From Myxococcota bacterium (GTDB lineage: Bacteria > Myxococcota_A > SURF-8), in assembly GCA_965140415.1 (NCBI GenBank), contig OZ223209.1, positions 4,256,001-4,320,000 of the forward strand: a stretch of DNA of 64,000 bases, in the 5' to 3' direction. This document shows positions 49,345 to 58,763 of the stretch, piece by piece. Both the position numbers and the translations under genes were made by a program. The notes below the pieces were generated by a model. It worked only from the letters and a program-made list of their open reading frames with translations. It was not told where the DNA came from and made no database searches. How positions within the stretch are numbered: the stretch's first letter is position 1; each line of letters starts with the position of its first letter.

Positions 49345-50766
49345 TCAGCGTCGCCTTACAAATTCCTGAATCAGCCAATCTTCCACTTGATTGAAAGCGG
49401 TCGATCGGTTGGACGCGAAATTGTAATAATTGCGCCATCCTTTTACACTTTCTTGGCAGCGATTGAAGATTTCGGAATCTGGCAGTGTTTCTTGCAATAG
49501 ATCGATCTTCTCTTGGAGTCGCTTTATTTTTCGCGTGATGGCCTCGGGTGGAATCGACAACTCGCATCCACCAGGGTCACTTCGGTTTGGCTGGCGAGCG
49601 TGAAAACGATAACCAAGGAAATCAAATGGCTCGCGTAGCGACTGGACCTTTGTTTTTCCCATGTTAAGCGTCAAATGAAGCTCAACATCGAGAAAGCGTT
49701 CCATTGCCAGTTTCTCTGTTTCCGCCTCCTCCTCGGTCGACGCGCATAGGATCCGAAAATCGTCAGCGTACCGAAATGGAACAAACACAGGAAGCCGTTT
49801 TCGGCGATCCCATTCTCGTCTGGCCCAAGCACGATGGGGAGTGTCTTCGTAAGGCCACTGAATCCACCTACAGTAATGATCGTCCAGCTCGTGAAGCATG
49901 ACGTTCATGAGGAGCGGGGATAAAACGGCCCCCTGGGGCAAACCGACATCCGGTTCAATTTCCAGTCCCTCGGAAAATATCTTCGCGGCAAGAAACCGCT
50001 CAATCAGATCGAGAAGCTTTTTGTCGCGTAGATGAAGTCGAATCAGGTTCAGTAGGAGTTCATGGTCAACTGACCCGAACGCATCCTGAACGTCACCAAC
50101 AATGACAAATTCAAAGGGAGAAGGCACGTCAGCATCACTGCCGGAAGGGCTCAGTAACTTCCTGGTTGCTGCAACTGCATTGAGCGCACTTCGATTTTGC
50201 CGGAACCCATACGAACAGTCGTAAAAAGTTGGGTCAAAGATAGGATCCAACACATTCAAAAGCGCTCCCTGAACCACCCTGTCGGAAATTACAGGAATAC
50301 CCAGAGGGCGCTTTTGCGTTGGATCACTGCTTTTGGGAATCTCCACCAAACGAACTGGCTGTGGAGTGTACGTTCCAGTTTTGAGTTGCCGGTATATATC
50401 AAGAAGGAAGCCATGCTCGCCGTGGTCTGAATCCAGTACGGTCTGCACGGTCCGTTCATCTACGCCCGGCGTCGACGATCCCGAATTCACGGCGACACGA
50501 CGCCAGGCCAACATGAGCGACGCAGGGGAAATGGCCAGATTGAACAGGTCGCGATAGACAATGTCTTCGTCGGCCTCACGCCAAGCGCGAATCTTTTCCT
50601 GGAACGAGCGCACAATCTGGCGCGCATTTTCGATGCACGGGAACAACACTATGTTCTTGCCGTATGGCACGTGCTTCCTTCGCGCGACCGGCGCACTTTC
50701 TGGCGCAACTTCCTGCGTACGACGATGGCCAGGAGCAGAGTCTGTGTATGACCCTGAGCCAACCAT
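49345..50766 (-). CDS. Group II intron-like reverse transcriptase with thumb/X domain, no En domain
   Basis: RT0 AWRRVAVNSGSSTPGVD, IPK, RPLGIP..DRVVQ, SYGFR, GDVQDAF, PQGAVLSP, YADD, FDFLG; X-domain KGWRNYY. Confidence 0.92.
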   Translation of the reverse strand: MVGSGSYTDSAPGHRRTQEVAPESAPVARRKHVPYGKNIVLFPCIENARQIVRSFQEKIRAWREADEDIVYRDLFNLAISPASLMLAWRRVAVNSGSSTPGVDERTVQTVLDSDHGEHGFLLDIYRQLKTGTYTPQPVRLVEIPKSSDPTQKRPLGIPVISDRVVQGALLNVLDPIFDPTFYDCSYGFRQNRSALNAVAATRKLLSPSGSDADVPSPFEFVIVGDVQDAFGSVDHELLLNLIRLHLRDKKLLDLIERFLAAKIFSEGLEIEPDVGLPQGAVLSPLLMNVMLHELDDHYCRWIQWPYEDTPHRAWARREWDRRKRLPVFVPFRYADDFRILCASTEEEAETEKLAMERFLDVELHLTLNMGKTKVQSLREPFDFLGYRFHARQPNRSDPGGCELSIPPEAITRKIKRLQEKIDLLQETLPDSEIFNRCQESVKGWRNYYNFASNRSTAFNQVEDWLIQEFVRRR

Positions 50767-51041
50767 CAGATTTCCCTTTCCTGCTGGCCGCAGAGGAAGT
50801 CGATGACGTCGTCCTTCATTACGAAGACTCGTCCTCGCATTCGCACTGCTCGCAGAGGTAGGGGTTCGCGATCCGTAGAGTTTCTCTTGTAGATCGCGTT
50901 GGCGGTGAGAATACCATCGGTACCTCGTTCCACCTGCTTTGGGCGAAGCATTGGAGGGTAGTGCTCCAAGCGCTTTTCCCAGTATTCTTTTAGGTATTCG
51001 TTCGTCATTTTTTTCTTCCAGGTTAGGTCTGTCTCTTCCAT
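50766..51041 (-). CDS. Excisionase/AlpA-like winged-helix DNA-binding protein
   Basis: Small basic ORF (PPMLRPKQV...IYK...LRAVRMRGRVFVMKDDVIDFL) divergent from the repressor. Confidence 0.65.
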   Translation of the reverse strand: MEETDLTWKKKMTNEYLKEYWEKRLEHYPPMLRPKQVERGTDGILTANAIYKRNSTDREPLPLRAVRMRGRVFVMKDDVIDFLCGQQEREI

Positions 51042-51049
51042 CTGTGTGA

Positions 51050-51132
51050 AATATACAAAAATTCTGTTTTCATGTCAAGCAAAATTATTATATAAAAATC
51101 TTCTTGATTTCCATACTACACTGTTGTATGCT
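51050..51132. promoter_or_regulatory. Back-to-back sigma70 promoters of the island switch
   Basis: Leftward TTGACA(51078-73)-17-TATATT; rightward TTGATT(51104)-17-TATGCT, 6 bp before the repressor ATG. Confidence 0.7.
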
Positions 51133-51138
51133 CTATTC

Positions 51139-51729
51139 ATGACGACGACGAAACAAGAGACGAAACAGGAAATGCTGAGAAGACGCGCTGGTTTTTCAAG
51201 CGCTCGAAAAGTGGCAGAGAGGTTGGGTGTACCGCCAACTCGGATCTATCTATTTGAAAGGCACGGTGCGCGAGAATCGCAACTTCGGCTCACGGATGCA
51301 ATCGAATTGTCGAGATTGTACCAATGTCCGCTGTCGGAATTGCTGGACTCAGACCTGGCGGAAAAGGTTGTTTTTGCGGACAAGGACGATCGACCTTCTG
51401 AGCGACTCGGCATCCTCGAAAATCAGTTGATCCAGCTTTTTCGCGCGATGCCGCCAGCCAGCCGGTTTCAGCTCTATGTCGACTTTGTCAACCGGTACAA
51501 CCATCCATCCATTGTATATCGTGAAGCCGAACTGGAGAGGCGCGTTCTCGATGAGATGCAAGAATTGCTCAATGAAGGACAGTTCTCCAGTATTCCCAAT
51601 GGGGAAGCAATCCTCAGTGAGCTGACCAAAGAATTCGAGAATAAAAATCCAGCACTGAAGGCCGATGATGGTGCAGATAAAGAGTCTCCAAAGCCCCGCA
51701 GGCGCAGACCCCGCCGGAAAAAGACCTGA
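51139..51729 (+). CDS. XRE/cI-like HTH repressor
   Basis: LRRRAGFSSARKVAERLGVPPTRIYLFE...LSRLYQCPLSELL. Confidence 0.8.
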   Translation: MTTTKQETKQEMLRRRAGFSSARKVAERLGVPPTRIYLFERHGARESQLRLTDAIELSRLYQCPLSELLDSDLAEKVVFADKDDRPSERLGILENQLIQLFRAMPPASRFQLYVDFVNRYNHPSIVYREAELERRVLDEMQELLNEGQFSSIPNGEAILSELTKEFENKNPALKADDGADKESPKPRRRRPRRKKT

Positions 51730-51746
51730 TCTCTAAGAAAAAAAGC

Positions 51747-52952
51747 ATGAAGGAACTCTCTAAAACAGCACAGCGCCGTTTGGCGCAGATGAACAAGCAG
51801 TTGTATCCGCTTCGGATGCGCTACCGAAAGCATGTAGGCACCTTTCAGGTACATACGCGCCGTGACGGTCGCGCTTACTGGAAATCCTTGGGGAAAGATC
51901 TAGAAATTGCCTACTCCAGATCATTGCTCATACGTCAGGAAATCAATGGCATCCCCTTGGTAGCCAAACGTAGGGCGACCTTGGCGGAATACCACCAGGA
52001 GTGGTATCTGAAGCGTGAAAGCGAACTCGCGCTGTCCACGAAGGAAGGCTATTACTACTATTGGAAGGCGACCCCCGACAACCTGAAGGAACGAGAGCTC
52101 GCAAGTATCACCGAGAGCCACGTAAAAACTGCGCTCGCCGAGATCGAAAAGCCATCGATGCGTGACCATGTGGCGGGATTCTTGAGCACCATCTTTAATA
52201 GCGCCGTAAAAGCTCAACTCATCCCGGTGAATCCGCATCCACGTGCGTATCGTAGCCGACGACGGGACGTTCCCAACATTTCCGTCGAGCAACTCTTGTC
52301 GATTTTCGACAATATTTCCGAATCAGCCCGGCCAGCCATCGTGCTTGCCGGGATGCTTGGACTTCGACGCGGTGAAATCATGCACTTGAAAATCAAGGAT
52401 TTCGATTTCGGCAAGAACCATGTCTGGGTACGAGGCTCCCGCACCGTCATTCATGGAGAACGGGCAGCAGACATTCTAAAGAAGACAAAGACAGGTAAAC
52501 CTCGTGTTCTTCCACTTCCTCTATTAGCCGTGCAATATCTTCGCCCAGCCATTGAGGGAAGAGATCCTGACGAGATGTTGTATCCTACTTTTCGCAGTGA
52601 TCTACCCAATCGTCTCCGCGTGGCCTGTAAAAAGGCGAAGGCGCCATACCTGAACCCTCACTCCCTTCGGCATGTATGCTTATCACTGCTGATGGAGACT
52701 CACGGTCCGGCGGTGGCGAAGGAATACGCAGGGCACAAGGATCTCAGTACGACGGTGGACGTGTATGGCCACCTTAGTCCCGTCTATCTGTCGCGTGTCA
52801 TGGCCCAGGCATACCTTGACCCGGAGATACGGGCTTTGCAGGAAATGGCAGAGGAGCTTGAAGAGCACGAAGACCCGAAAGTGCAGGCTCTGGCGGCCAA
52901 AGCGTCGTCAATTTGTGTCAAATGGTGTCAAGGGCAAGAAGAAAGGGCTTAG
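51747..52952 (+). CDS. int: Tyrosine integrase
   Basis: GLRRGEI, KTKT, HSLRH, GH and VYGH catalytic residues; adjacent to the tRNA att. Confidence 0.95.
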   Translation: MKELSKTAQRRLAQMNKQLYPLRMRYRKHVGTFQVHTRRDGRAYWKSLGKDLEIAYSRSLLIRQEINGIPLVAKRRATLAEYHQEWYLKRESELALSTKEGYYYYWKATPDNLKERELASITESHVKTALAEIEKPSMRDHVAGFLSTIFNSAVKAQLIPVNPHPRAYRSRRRDVPNISVEQLLSIFDNISESARPAIVLAGMLGLRRGEIMHLKIKDFDFGKNHVWVRGSRTVIHGERAADILKKTKTGKPRVLPLPLLAVQYLRPAIEGRDPDEMLYPTFRSDLPNRLRVACKKAKAPYLNPHSLRHVCLSLLMETHGPAVAKEYAGHKDLSTTVDVYGHLSPVYLSRVMAQAYLDPEIRALQEMAEELEEHEDPKVQALAAKASSICVKWCQGQEERA

Positions 52953-52971
52953 CGAATCTCGCTAAGCCCTT
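52944..52971 (-). terminator. Island-supplied terminator for the tRNA (possibly bidirectional with int)
   Basis: AGGGCTTAGCGA-ATC-TCGCTAAGCCCT perfect stem. Confidence 0.7.
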
Positions 52972-52979
52972 GATTTTAC

Positions 52980-53056
52980 TGGTCGGCGTGAGAGGATTTG
53001 AACCTCCGACTTCTTGGTCCCGAACCAAGCGCGCTACCAGGCTGCGCTACACGCCG
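52980..53056 (-). tRNA. tRNA-Pro(CGG)
   Basis: 77-nt cloverleaf CGGCGTG...TTCGGGA anticodon loop...GGTTCAAATCC...CCA; promoter TTGACA-17-TACAAA at 53097-53069. Confidence 0.96.
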
Positions 53057-53278
53057 GACTGAGCGCGCTTTGTAACACTCATCCCACTACTTGTCAAGAC
53101 AATCCGGGCAAAAAAACGCGCGGTCCGATCCCATTCTCTGATTAAGCCCTACCCTTCCTACAGAACGGTGTGCAACCTGTTGTTATTCCAATATAATCCC
53201 TCGAACACAATCATATTTTCAAGAAAACGTTCCTTGATTCCAAGCTCAATTAGAGGACCTCAAGCGCCGCTTCTTCGA

Positions 53279-54325
53279 TCAATACTCGATGTATTTATAC
53301 AGCGAGTAGGTCAACGTTAACAAGAGTGTGTTCTGAATTTGCCAATCATTGACAACCTGCGGCTCTCTGATCGCACTGAACAGATACGACAAAGCCAGCC
53401 ATTCGGTGAAGCGCACGTCCAATCCTGCACCGAGTTTGACATTCAAGCGGTCGATACCTTCCACCGTCGTGCTGTCCGGGTCCATCCAGAAGGGCATCAT
53501 CAGCTCCGCCCGAACCTGATAGGTCAACTTGTCCTCCCATACGTCTCCCCACAATTTCCAGATATTCTCACCACCAAGCTGGTAGCTGTTCTCAAGTTCG
53601 GTCAATTCGATTTCCGCGGTAGCATCATCGTCGGTAATGCTTAAATCACCTTCATCAAAGGTCTGCCAGGCAGCGAAACCGATCAGAATTTCCAGGTTCA
53701 CTTCCTTGCTCGCCACCGGACGGAAGAAAGGACCAAAGCCCTCTTTCAAGGTCGTCGGAGAGAAATAGTCGGTCAATTTTACACGATCCTTGGAAAACAG
53801 GGTTTCGCTGCTGCCATCCAGATAAGTAATCACATAATCTTTTTTATCGGTCTGATAATCATGACCCGGGAAAATCTTGCTGTCCAAAGCCAAACGGCCA
53901 TAAAGACCGACCCACTCTTTGAAGTAGTACATGTACATGCTTTCAAATTGCAATTTGTCCGTCGAAATAATGAATTCATCGATCGCCGGGGTGCGTGAAA
54001 TCGCTTCGGAAAGCATCAAGGTGTTACGCCACTCGTGCTTGTCTTTTTTCAGCAATGCTTCAAGGTTGAAACTCAATCCGAAGGTAAATGTCATACCATC
54101 CGGTTGCCCGACCACGGTGCGACTGTCACTGAAACTGATAGTGGCATTGGGCTTGAAGCGAATATGCCAGCCGTTGGGAAGCGACTTGTTATCCTCTTTC
54201 GCCTTATCCAGCGCCGCAACGGCCTCTTCCGTTCCGGTATCCTGGGCGAAACTCGTAGCAGAGAAAAAACTCATGAGTAATAACGCGACAATTACCCCTA
54301 CTCCCAATACCCTATTGGCTTTCAT
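53279..54325 (-). CDS. Outer-membrane beta-barrel protein (DUF3078-like)
   Basis: Signal peptide and amphipathic beta strands with aromatic C-terminus. Confidence 0.6.
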   Translation of the reverse strand: MKANRVLGVGVIVALLLMSFFSATSFAQDTGTEEAVAALDKAKEDNKSLPNGWHIRFKPNATISFSDSRTVVGQPDGMTFTFGLSFNLEALLKKDKHEWRNTLMLSEAISRTPAIDEFIISTDKLQFESMYMYYFKEWVGLYGRLALDSKIFPGHDYQTDKKDYVITYLDGSSETLFSKDRVKLTDYFSPTTLKEGFGPFFRPVASKEVNLEILIGFAAWQTFDEGDLSITDDDATAEIELTELENSYQLGGENIWKLWGDVWEDKLTYQVRAELMMPFWMDPDSTTVEGIDRLNVKLGAGLDVRFTEWLALSYLFSAIREPQVVNDWQIQNTLLLTLTYSLYKYIEY

Positions 54326-54714
54326 CAGATATCCTTTCGCTTGATGTAAGACTGCTGTTTCCCCATATACGTCGTCTGAATAGATCGTTTATCCAGTTAA
54401 GAGATTGAATTCTGTTTGAAATATTTCATTCTTTTTTCGTCGCCCCATCTCCCAACCATTCAAAGGTTGTCAGATGACCCCGTTATTACCGAATGTTTTC
54501 TGCTTACGTCTTCGGATTCCCTTTCGACTCATTGATATTATATCATACCGACGACAATCGAAACAAGCCCCGATACAGCATACAAATGTATCCATCTATC
54601 AAACCTGTTTTCTTGCAGACTCGATTCACGCTACCCCCAGCAATATGAACTTTTAGTTTCCTTCAACCTACGCTATAGGTATAATTCACCTGATAGAAAT
54701 GAGGTCGAGGTATT

Positions 54715-55854
54715 ATGACGACTGAAGATATTAAAAAACTGAAGCAGCGTGTGGCCCAGTTGGAAGATGAAAATGGGCGTTTGCTAGCCAAAATGGAGCG
54801 CATGGAGCTACAGCAAAGCCATCCATCCTCCATGAAAACCATTCACGGTCTGTCCGTAATGGTGCTTCAACTGGACGCAAACGGCAATGTCACCTATCTA
54901 AACAGTGCATTCGAGGAGCACCTGGGGCTTAAACGCAGCAGCGTACTCGGTCAACCGCTGGACACGGTAGACGTCACCAAACTCGGTAAGGGACATCTTC
55001 GTTTGATATACAATCAGGCGATCTCATCTCAAGAGGAAGTCGTTGCGGATCACCACTACAACGATCCCGTCACAGGAAAGATGCGGTACGTCAAAGTGAC
55101 GGCGACCGCCCAACCAACCGGTGGCCAGATCATGATCGAGGATCAGTCCTCTTTCAAACGCCTGGAAACAAGTTTCAAGCGTTACGTTTCGCCAAAAGTC
55201 ATCGATCAACTGCTGCGCAGCGACTTCGACTTCTTCCGCCCGGAAAAATATGAACTGACCGTCCTCTTCGCCGACTTGCGTGGCTTCACCAAGCTTTGTA
55301 CCCGATTGACGCCGGAAGAAATCAAGCGCCTGATCGACCGCTTTTTAAGCGTCATGATGCGCATCATCATCGACGAAGAAGCCACCGTGGACAAGGTAGT
55401 CGGAGACGAGGTCATGGCGCTGTTCGGTGCGCCCATCCGTTATGAAGATCATGCCGTGCGTGCGGTCAACGCCGCATTGAAAATGCAGAAAGTGCATCAG
55501 CAGATCATGGAAGAATGGCACCTTGCCGGGCTGGACAACCCACCGCCGATGGGCATCGGCATCAATACCGGCGAAATGATCGTGGGCAATATCGGCAGCG
55601 AACTACGTATGGATTACACCGTACTCGGACACCATGTGAATCTCGCCAGCCGCCTGTGCAACTCCGCTCGCGGTGGAGAAATCCTGATTTCGCCGCGCAC
55701 CTTCGACTTGACTCGCAACTCCTTGCAGGTCAATCCAAACGCCATCAGCCATTCGGTGAAATTTCGCAGCTCTGCGGAAATCTTCGCCAAAGGCATCGAT
55801 GCGCCGATCCGGCCGATCAGCGTGGTTCCGGTTTCGGCAAAAGCAAGCGGTTAA
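54715..55854 (+). CDS. PAS-domain class III adenylate/guanylate cyclase
   Basis: VLFADLRGFT, DKVVGDEVMALFGAP, GIGINTG, DYTVLG and VNLASRL motifs. Confidence 0.92.
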   Translation: MTTEDIKKLKQRVAQLEDENGRLLAKMERMELQQSHPSSMKTIHGLSVMVLQLDANGNVTYLNSAFEEHLGLKRSSVLGQPLDTVDVTKLGKGHLRLIYNQAISSQEEVVADHHYNDPVTGKMRYVKVTATAQPTGGQIMIEDQSSFKRLETSFKRYVSPKVIDQLLRSDFDFFRPEKYELTVLFADLRGFTKLCTRLTPEEIKRLIDRFLSVMMRIIIDEEATVDKVVGDEVMALFGAPIRYEDHAVRAVNAALKMQKVHQQIMEEWHLAGLDNPPPMGIGINTGEMIVGNIGSELRMDYTVLGHHVNLASRLCNSARGGEILISPRTFDLTRNSLQVNPNAISHSVKFRSSAEIFAKGIDAPIRPISVVPVSAKASG

Positions 55855-55858
55855 ACGA

Positions 55859-56764
55859 TTAGGGCGTTGCGGCGTCCCGGTTTTTCAGCACACCTTTAAC
55901 GAACAACTCTCCAGCACGGTAGCTGCTGCGCACCAAAGGTCCGGCAGCGACGTAACGGAATCCCAGTTCACGTCCACGCGCTTCCAACTGCTCGAATTCT
56001 TCCGGCCTGTAGTAACGCTCCACCGGCAAATGCCTCGCACTCGGGCGCAGATACTGACCAAAAGTTAAAATATCCGTATGTACTTCCAACAGGTCGTGCA
56101 TGGTGGCGTCCAGTTCGTCCAGGCTCTCTCCAAGCCCAACCATCAGCGAGGACTTCGTCAACATCTGCGAATCGATCTCTTTGATCATTCGAAGTACGTC
56201 CAATGAGCGACGATAGCTGGCTCGCCTGTCCCGCGCCAGCGGAGTCAAGCACTCCACCACTTCCAGATTATGCGCGATCACCTCCGGATGTGATTGAATG
56301 AGGGTTTCAAGACTCTCTCGCTGACCACCGAAATCGGGTACAAGCACTTCCACCTTGATGTCACGCGGCATGGTTTTGATTTGGGAAACCGTCTGCGCAA
56401 AGTGCGCCGCGCCGCCATCGGGCAAATCGTCCCGATCCACCGATGTCAGCACCACATAATCCAATTCAAGCTCCGCCACCGCCTGGGCGACATGTTCCGG
56501 TTCCGATTCATCCAGAACACCTTTTGGATTGCCGGTCTTCACCGCACAGAAACGACAACCACGGGTACAGGTATCGCCCATAATCATGATCGTGGCCGTC
56601 CCACCGCCCCAGCACTCGGCCATATTCGGACAGAGCGCTTCGCGGCAGACCGTATGCAGATCCAGGGTTTTCAATCGATTTTGAATGAATGCATAACGCT
56701 CGCCGCCTGCCGGGCGAAATTTCAACCAGTCCGGTTTCGGTTCTTTGTTTGCAGTCCTTGGCAC
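55859..56764 (-). CDS. lipA: Lipoyl synthase
   Basis: KPDWLK, CREALCPNMAEC, CTRGCRFC and VRSSY motifs. Confidence 0.96.
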   Translation of the reverse strand: MPRTANKEPKPDWLKFRPAGGERYAFIQNRLKTLDLHTVCREALCPNMAECWGGGTATIMIMGDTCTRGCRFCAVKTGNPKGVLDESEPEHVAQAVAELELDYVVLTSVDRDDLPDGGAAHFAQTVSQIKTMPRDIKVEVLVPDFGGQRESLETLIQSHPEVIAHNLEVVECLTPLARDRRASYRRSLDVLRMIKEIDSQMLTKSSLMVGLGESLDELDATMHDLLEVHTDILTFGQYLRPSARHLPVERYYRPEEFEQLEARGRELGFRYVAAGPLVRSSYRAGELFVKGVLKNRDAATP

Positions 56765-56842
56765 AACATGCTTCCTTTCGCAAAAAGACCGCGATTCACG
56801 GCTACGGTGCTAACACGAACGGGGCGCTTCGTCAATCGGCAA

Positions 56843-57517
56843 TCAACGCAAAGGAAAAGCGGATTCGCAGCGGCTCTGTATGCCATCACAACAGATTTCA
56901 CCCTCGGTAAGATTCACGGCTCCGGCAGCCTGCCCCGGATGTCCTTCTTCTTCAAGCACGTACCAGAATTTTCCATATTGAATCTGCAAATCCGGACAGG
57001 CGGAACGAAAAGAGGTGGTTTGACAGCTTTCTTCCAGCCGCGCTCGAATCGTCGCTTCTGTCTCACCAAGTTCGACCGGCAATGGCAGGCAGTTCTGTTG
57101 TTGTAAGGCATCCCGAATGACTTCACGCAACGCTTCTTCCTGGATCTCTTCAGCCACTTCAATCTCGCAGGTCAAACGCACCAGCATCCAGTCGAATACA
57201 TAGTAATAGTCGATCTGCAAAACGGAATCTAAATAACTGATGCCGGTTACGGCAAACGCCTGATCGAAAAACGTATCACTCACTCCGAGCAAGTCGGCGT
57301 ATTCATCGTGCCAAAGTTCCATCAACCAGCTCAACTCGTCAGTTTGGGGGGTAACGGGGGAAAGCCGATCGATCCCGCAAGCTGCCAACACGTTGGCCAA
57401 TCCCTGGGAATAGTCGCGATTCAACTCCACGTTTTCATATTCGGTGCACGTTGCAGACAACAATATCAAGCAACAGACCAGCCCCAAACGAACGGATTGT
57501 ATCATTCGGTTTTTCAT
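56843..57517 (-). CDS. Exported hypothetical protein (possible lipoprotein)
   Basis: Signal-like N-terminus ending SATC; Cys-containing. Confidence 0.5.
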   Translation of the reverse strand: MKNRMIQSVRLGLVCCLILLSATCTEYENVELNRDYSQGLANVLAACGIDRLSPVTPQTDELSWLMELWHDEYADLLGVSDTFFDQAFAVTGISYLDSVLQIDYYYVFDWMLVRLTCEIEVAEEIQEEALREVIRDALQQQNCLPLPVELGETEATIRARLEESCQTTSFRSACPDLQIQYGKFWYVLEEEGHPGQAAGAVNLTEGEICCDGIQSRCESAFPLR

Positions 57518-57739
57518 GTTTCGATGGTCGCATACTTCATGGATTCAAGCAAGTGCCCAGAAACATACAGTGAAAGAAGATGGGAGTACTTAGACAAAAT
57601 AGTAGGCGCTTATCAAAGCAGAAGTGGAAGTATCGTATCCTGTGTAAGTCACACCGATGAGACATGCCACGCAAGATTCGGACAATTCGACATCCCCTGT
57701 CGATCCAGCCGCCCCTGCGTCACACTTCCAACGGAAGGA

Positions 57740-57931
57740 TCAGGTCAGCTTTTCGAACAGATCATGTACGTCCTCTGATCCTTCACTTTCGTTCGCCGAA
57801 CGCGGATCATCGCAATGAGCGAAGAATTCCTCTTCCATGATGTCTTCCAGATTCTTGTAGAAGCTCTTCACTCGCAGATATTCCTCACGTTCGAAATCTG
57901 CAAATGATGCGTACCGCTTAGGCTTGGACAT
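57740..57931 (-). CDS. Small acidic conserved-looking protein
   Basis: GGGAGG RBS; MSKPKRYASFADFEREE. Confidence 0.55.
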   Translation of the reverse strand: MSKPKRYASFADFEREEYLRVKSFYKNLEDIMEEEFFAHCDDPRSANESEGSEDVHDLFEKLT

Positions 57932-57969
57932 GGCGTTCCTCCCTTTTGCCTCGATCTCCATGACTATCG

Positions 57970-58167
57970 CTACCCCTGCCGCCACTTCTCGACAGTAAAT
58001 GCCGTCCCCTTGAATTCCTGGCGGTATTTGTACAACAGATCCGCCACCGCCTCGCGCAGATACTCGCTTTGGGTAATGCGGGTTCGTTGAGACAACACCT
58101 GCAACATTTCCTTGTGTTCCCGCGGAATCACAACATTGGTGGCAATCATTTCTTGGCGTTCTTTCAT
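57970..58167 (-). CDS. Ribbon-helix-helix DNA-binding protein
   Basis: ATNVVI beta ribbon followed by LQVLSQRTRITQSEYLREAVADLL; GGAGG RBS. Confidence 0.75.
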   Translation of the reverse strand: MKERQEMIATNVVIPREHKEMLQVLSQRTRITQSEYLREAVADLLYKYRQEFKGTAFTVEKWRQG

Positions 58168-58587
58168 CGATCCTCCGCATCATCGAACGATACACAACAA
58201 CATAATTCAACAGAAGATATGATAATTTAAGACATTGCTTGGTAATAGTATATAGTTAGGACTTGTATGGATGTCAACATAAAAATACAAGATTATAGAA
58301 GTAGCCATTACGAAACGGCTTCGTTATTCTTTTAAGGATTGATTTGTGAGTTTCATTTTGTTGAAGATAGAAAAGTCACAAGTTGATTCTGGCGCTTAAA
58401 TAGCGCCGTCGTTCAGAAGGCACAACCGAAGAGTTCCATGTGATTTCTAAATGGAGTTTCGTTTCTGGAGCTACTATTCCTTAGCAAGGATGCCCTTTTA
58501 TAGAGGCAAGGCGCATGTCTAACGAAAAGCCAATAAAACGGCAGATAACCTTCTCGATTCGAATGAACGGAGTTGGAAGTTTCTCGT

Positions 58588-58763
58588 TCCCTTCCCCGAC
58601 GGAGCCGCCTCGCATCATGAGGCTTGATAACCGGGGCTACAGCGAGCGGCAGTCAAGGCCGGAGCATAGCGACGTTTATATAGCCTTGACGGCTGCACGC
58701 GCTCCGGTACAAGCCGCTACATGATGCGTGGTGAGTGACGGAAGGCGGAAGGGAGCCCCTTCC
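58588..58763. ncRNA. Candidate long hairpin structured RNA
   Basis: Extended imperfect inverted repeat in an intergenic region; family not recognised. Confidence 0.4.

Larger units (their letters stand above)
36546..53026. mobile_element. tRNA-Pro-integrated genomic island (~16.4 kb)
   Basis: 51-bp att repeats, tyrosine integrase next to the tRNA, repressor/xis switch, defence cargo. Confidence 0.93.

Noticed and set aside
49345-50766. RT as a complete group II intron, DGR or retron
   Set aside because: No domain V/VI visible downstream and the ORF is coupled to the upstream gene. It has PQG..LSP rather than the DGR SQ motif, and no TR/VR pair was seen. There is no retron VTG motif or room for msr-msd. 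Needs covariance-model confirmation.
36546-53026. Prophage
   Set aside because: No structural, packaging or lysis genes.
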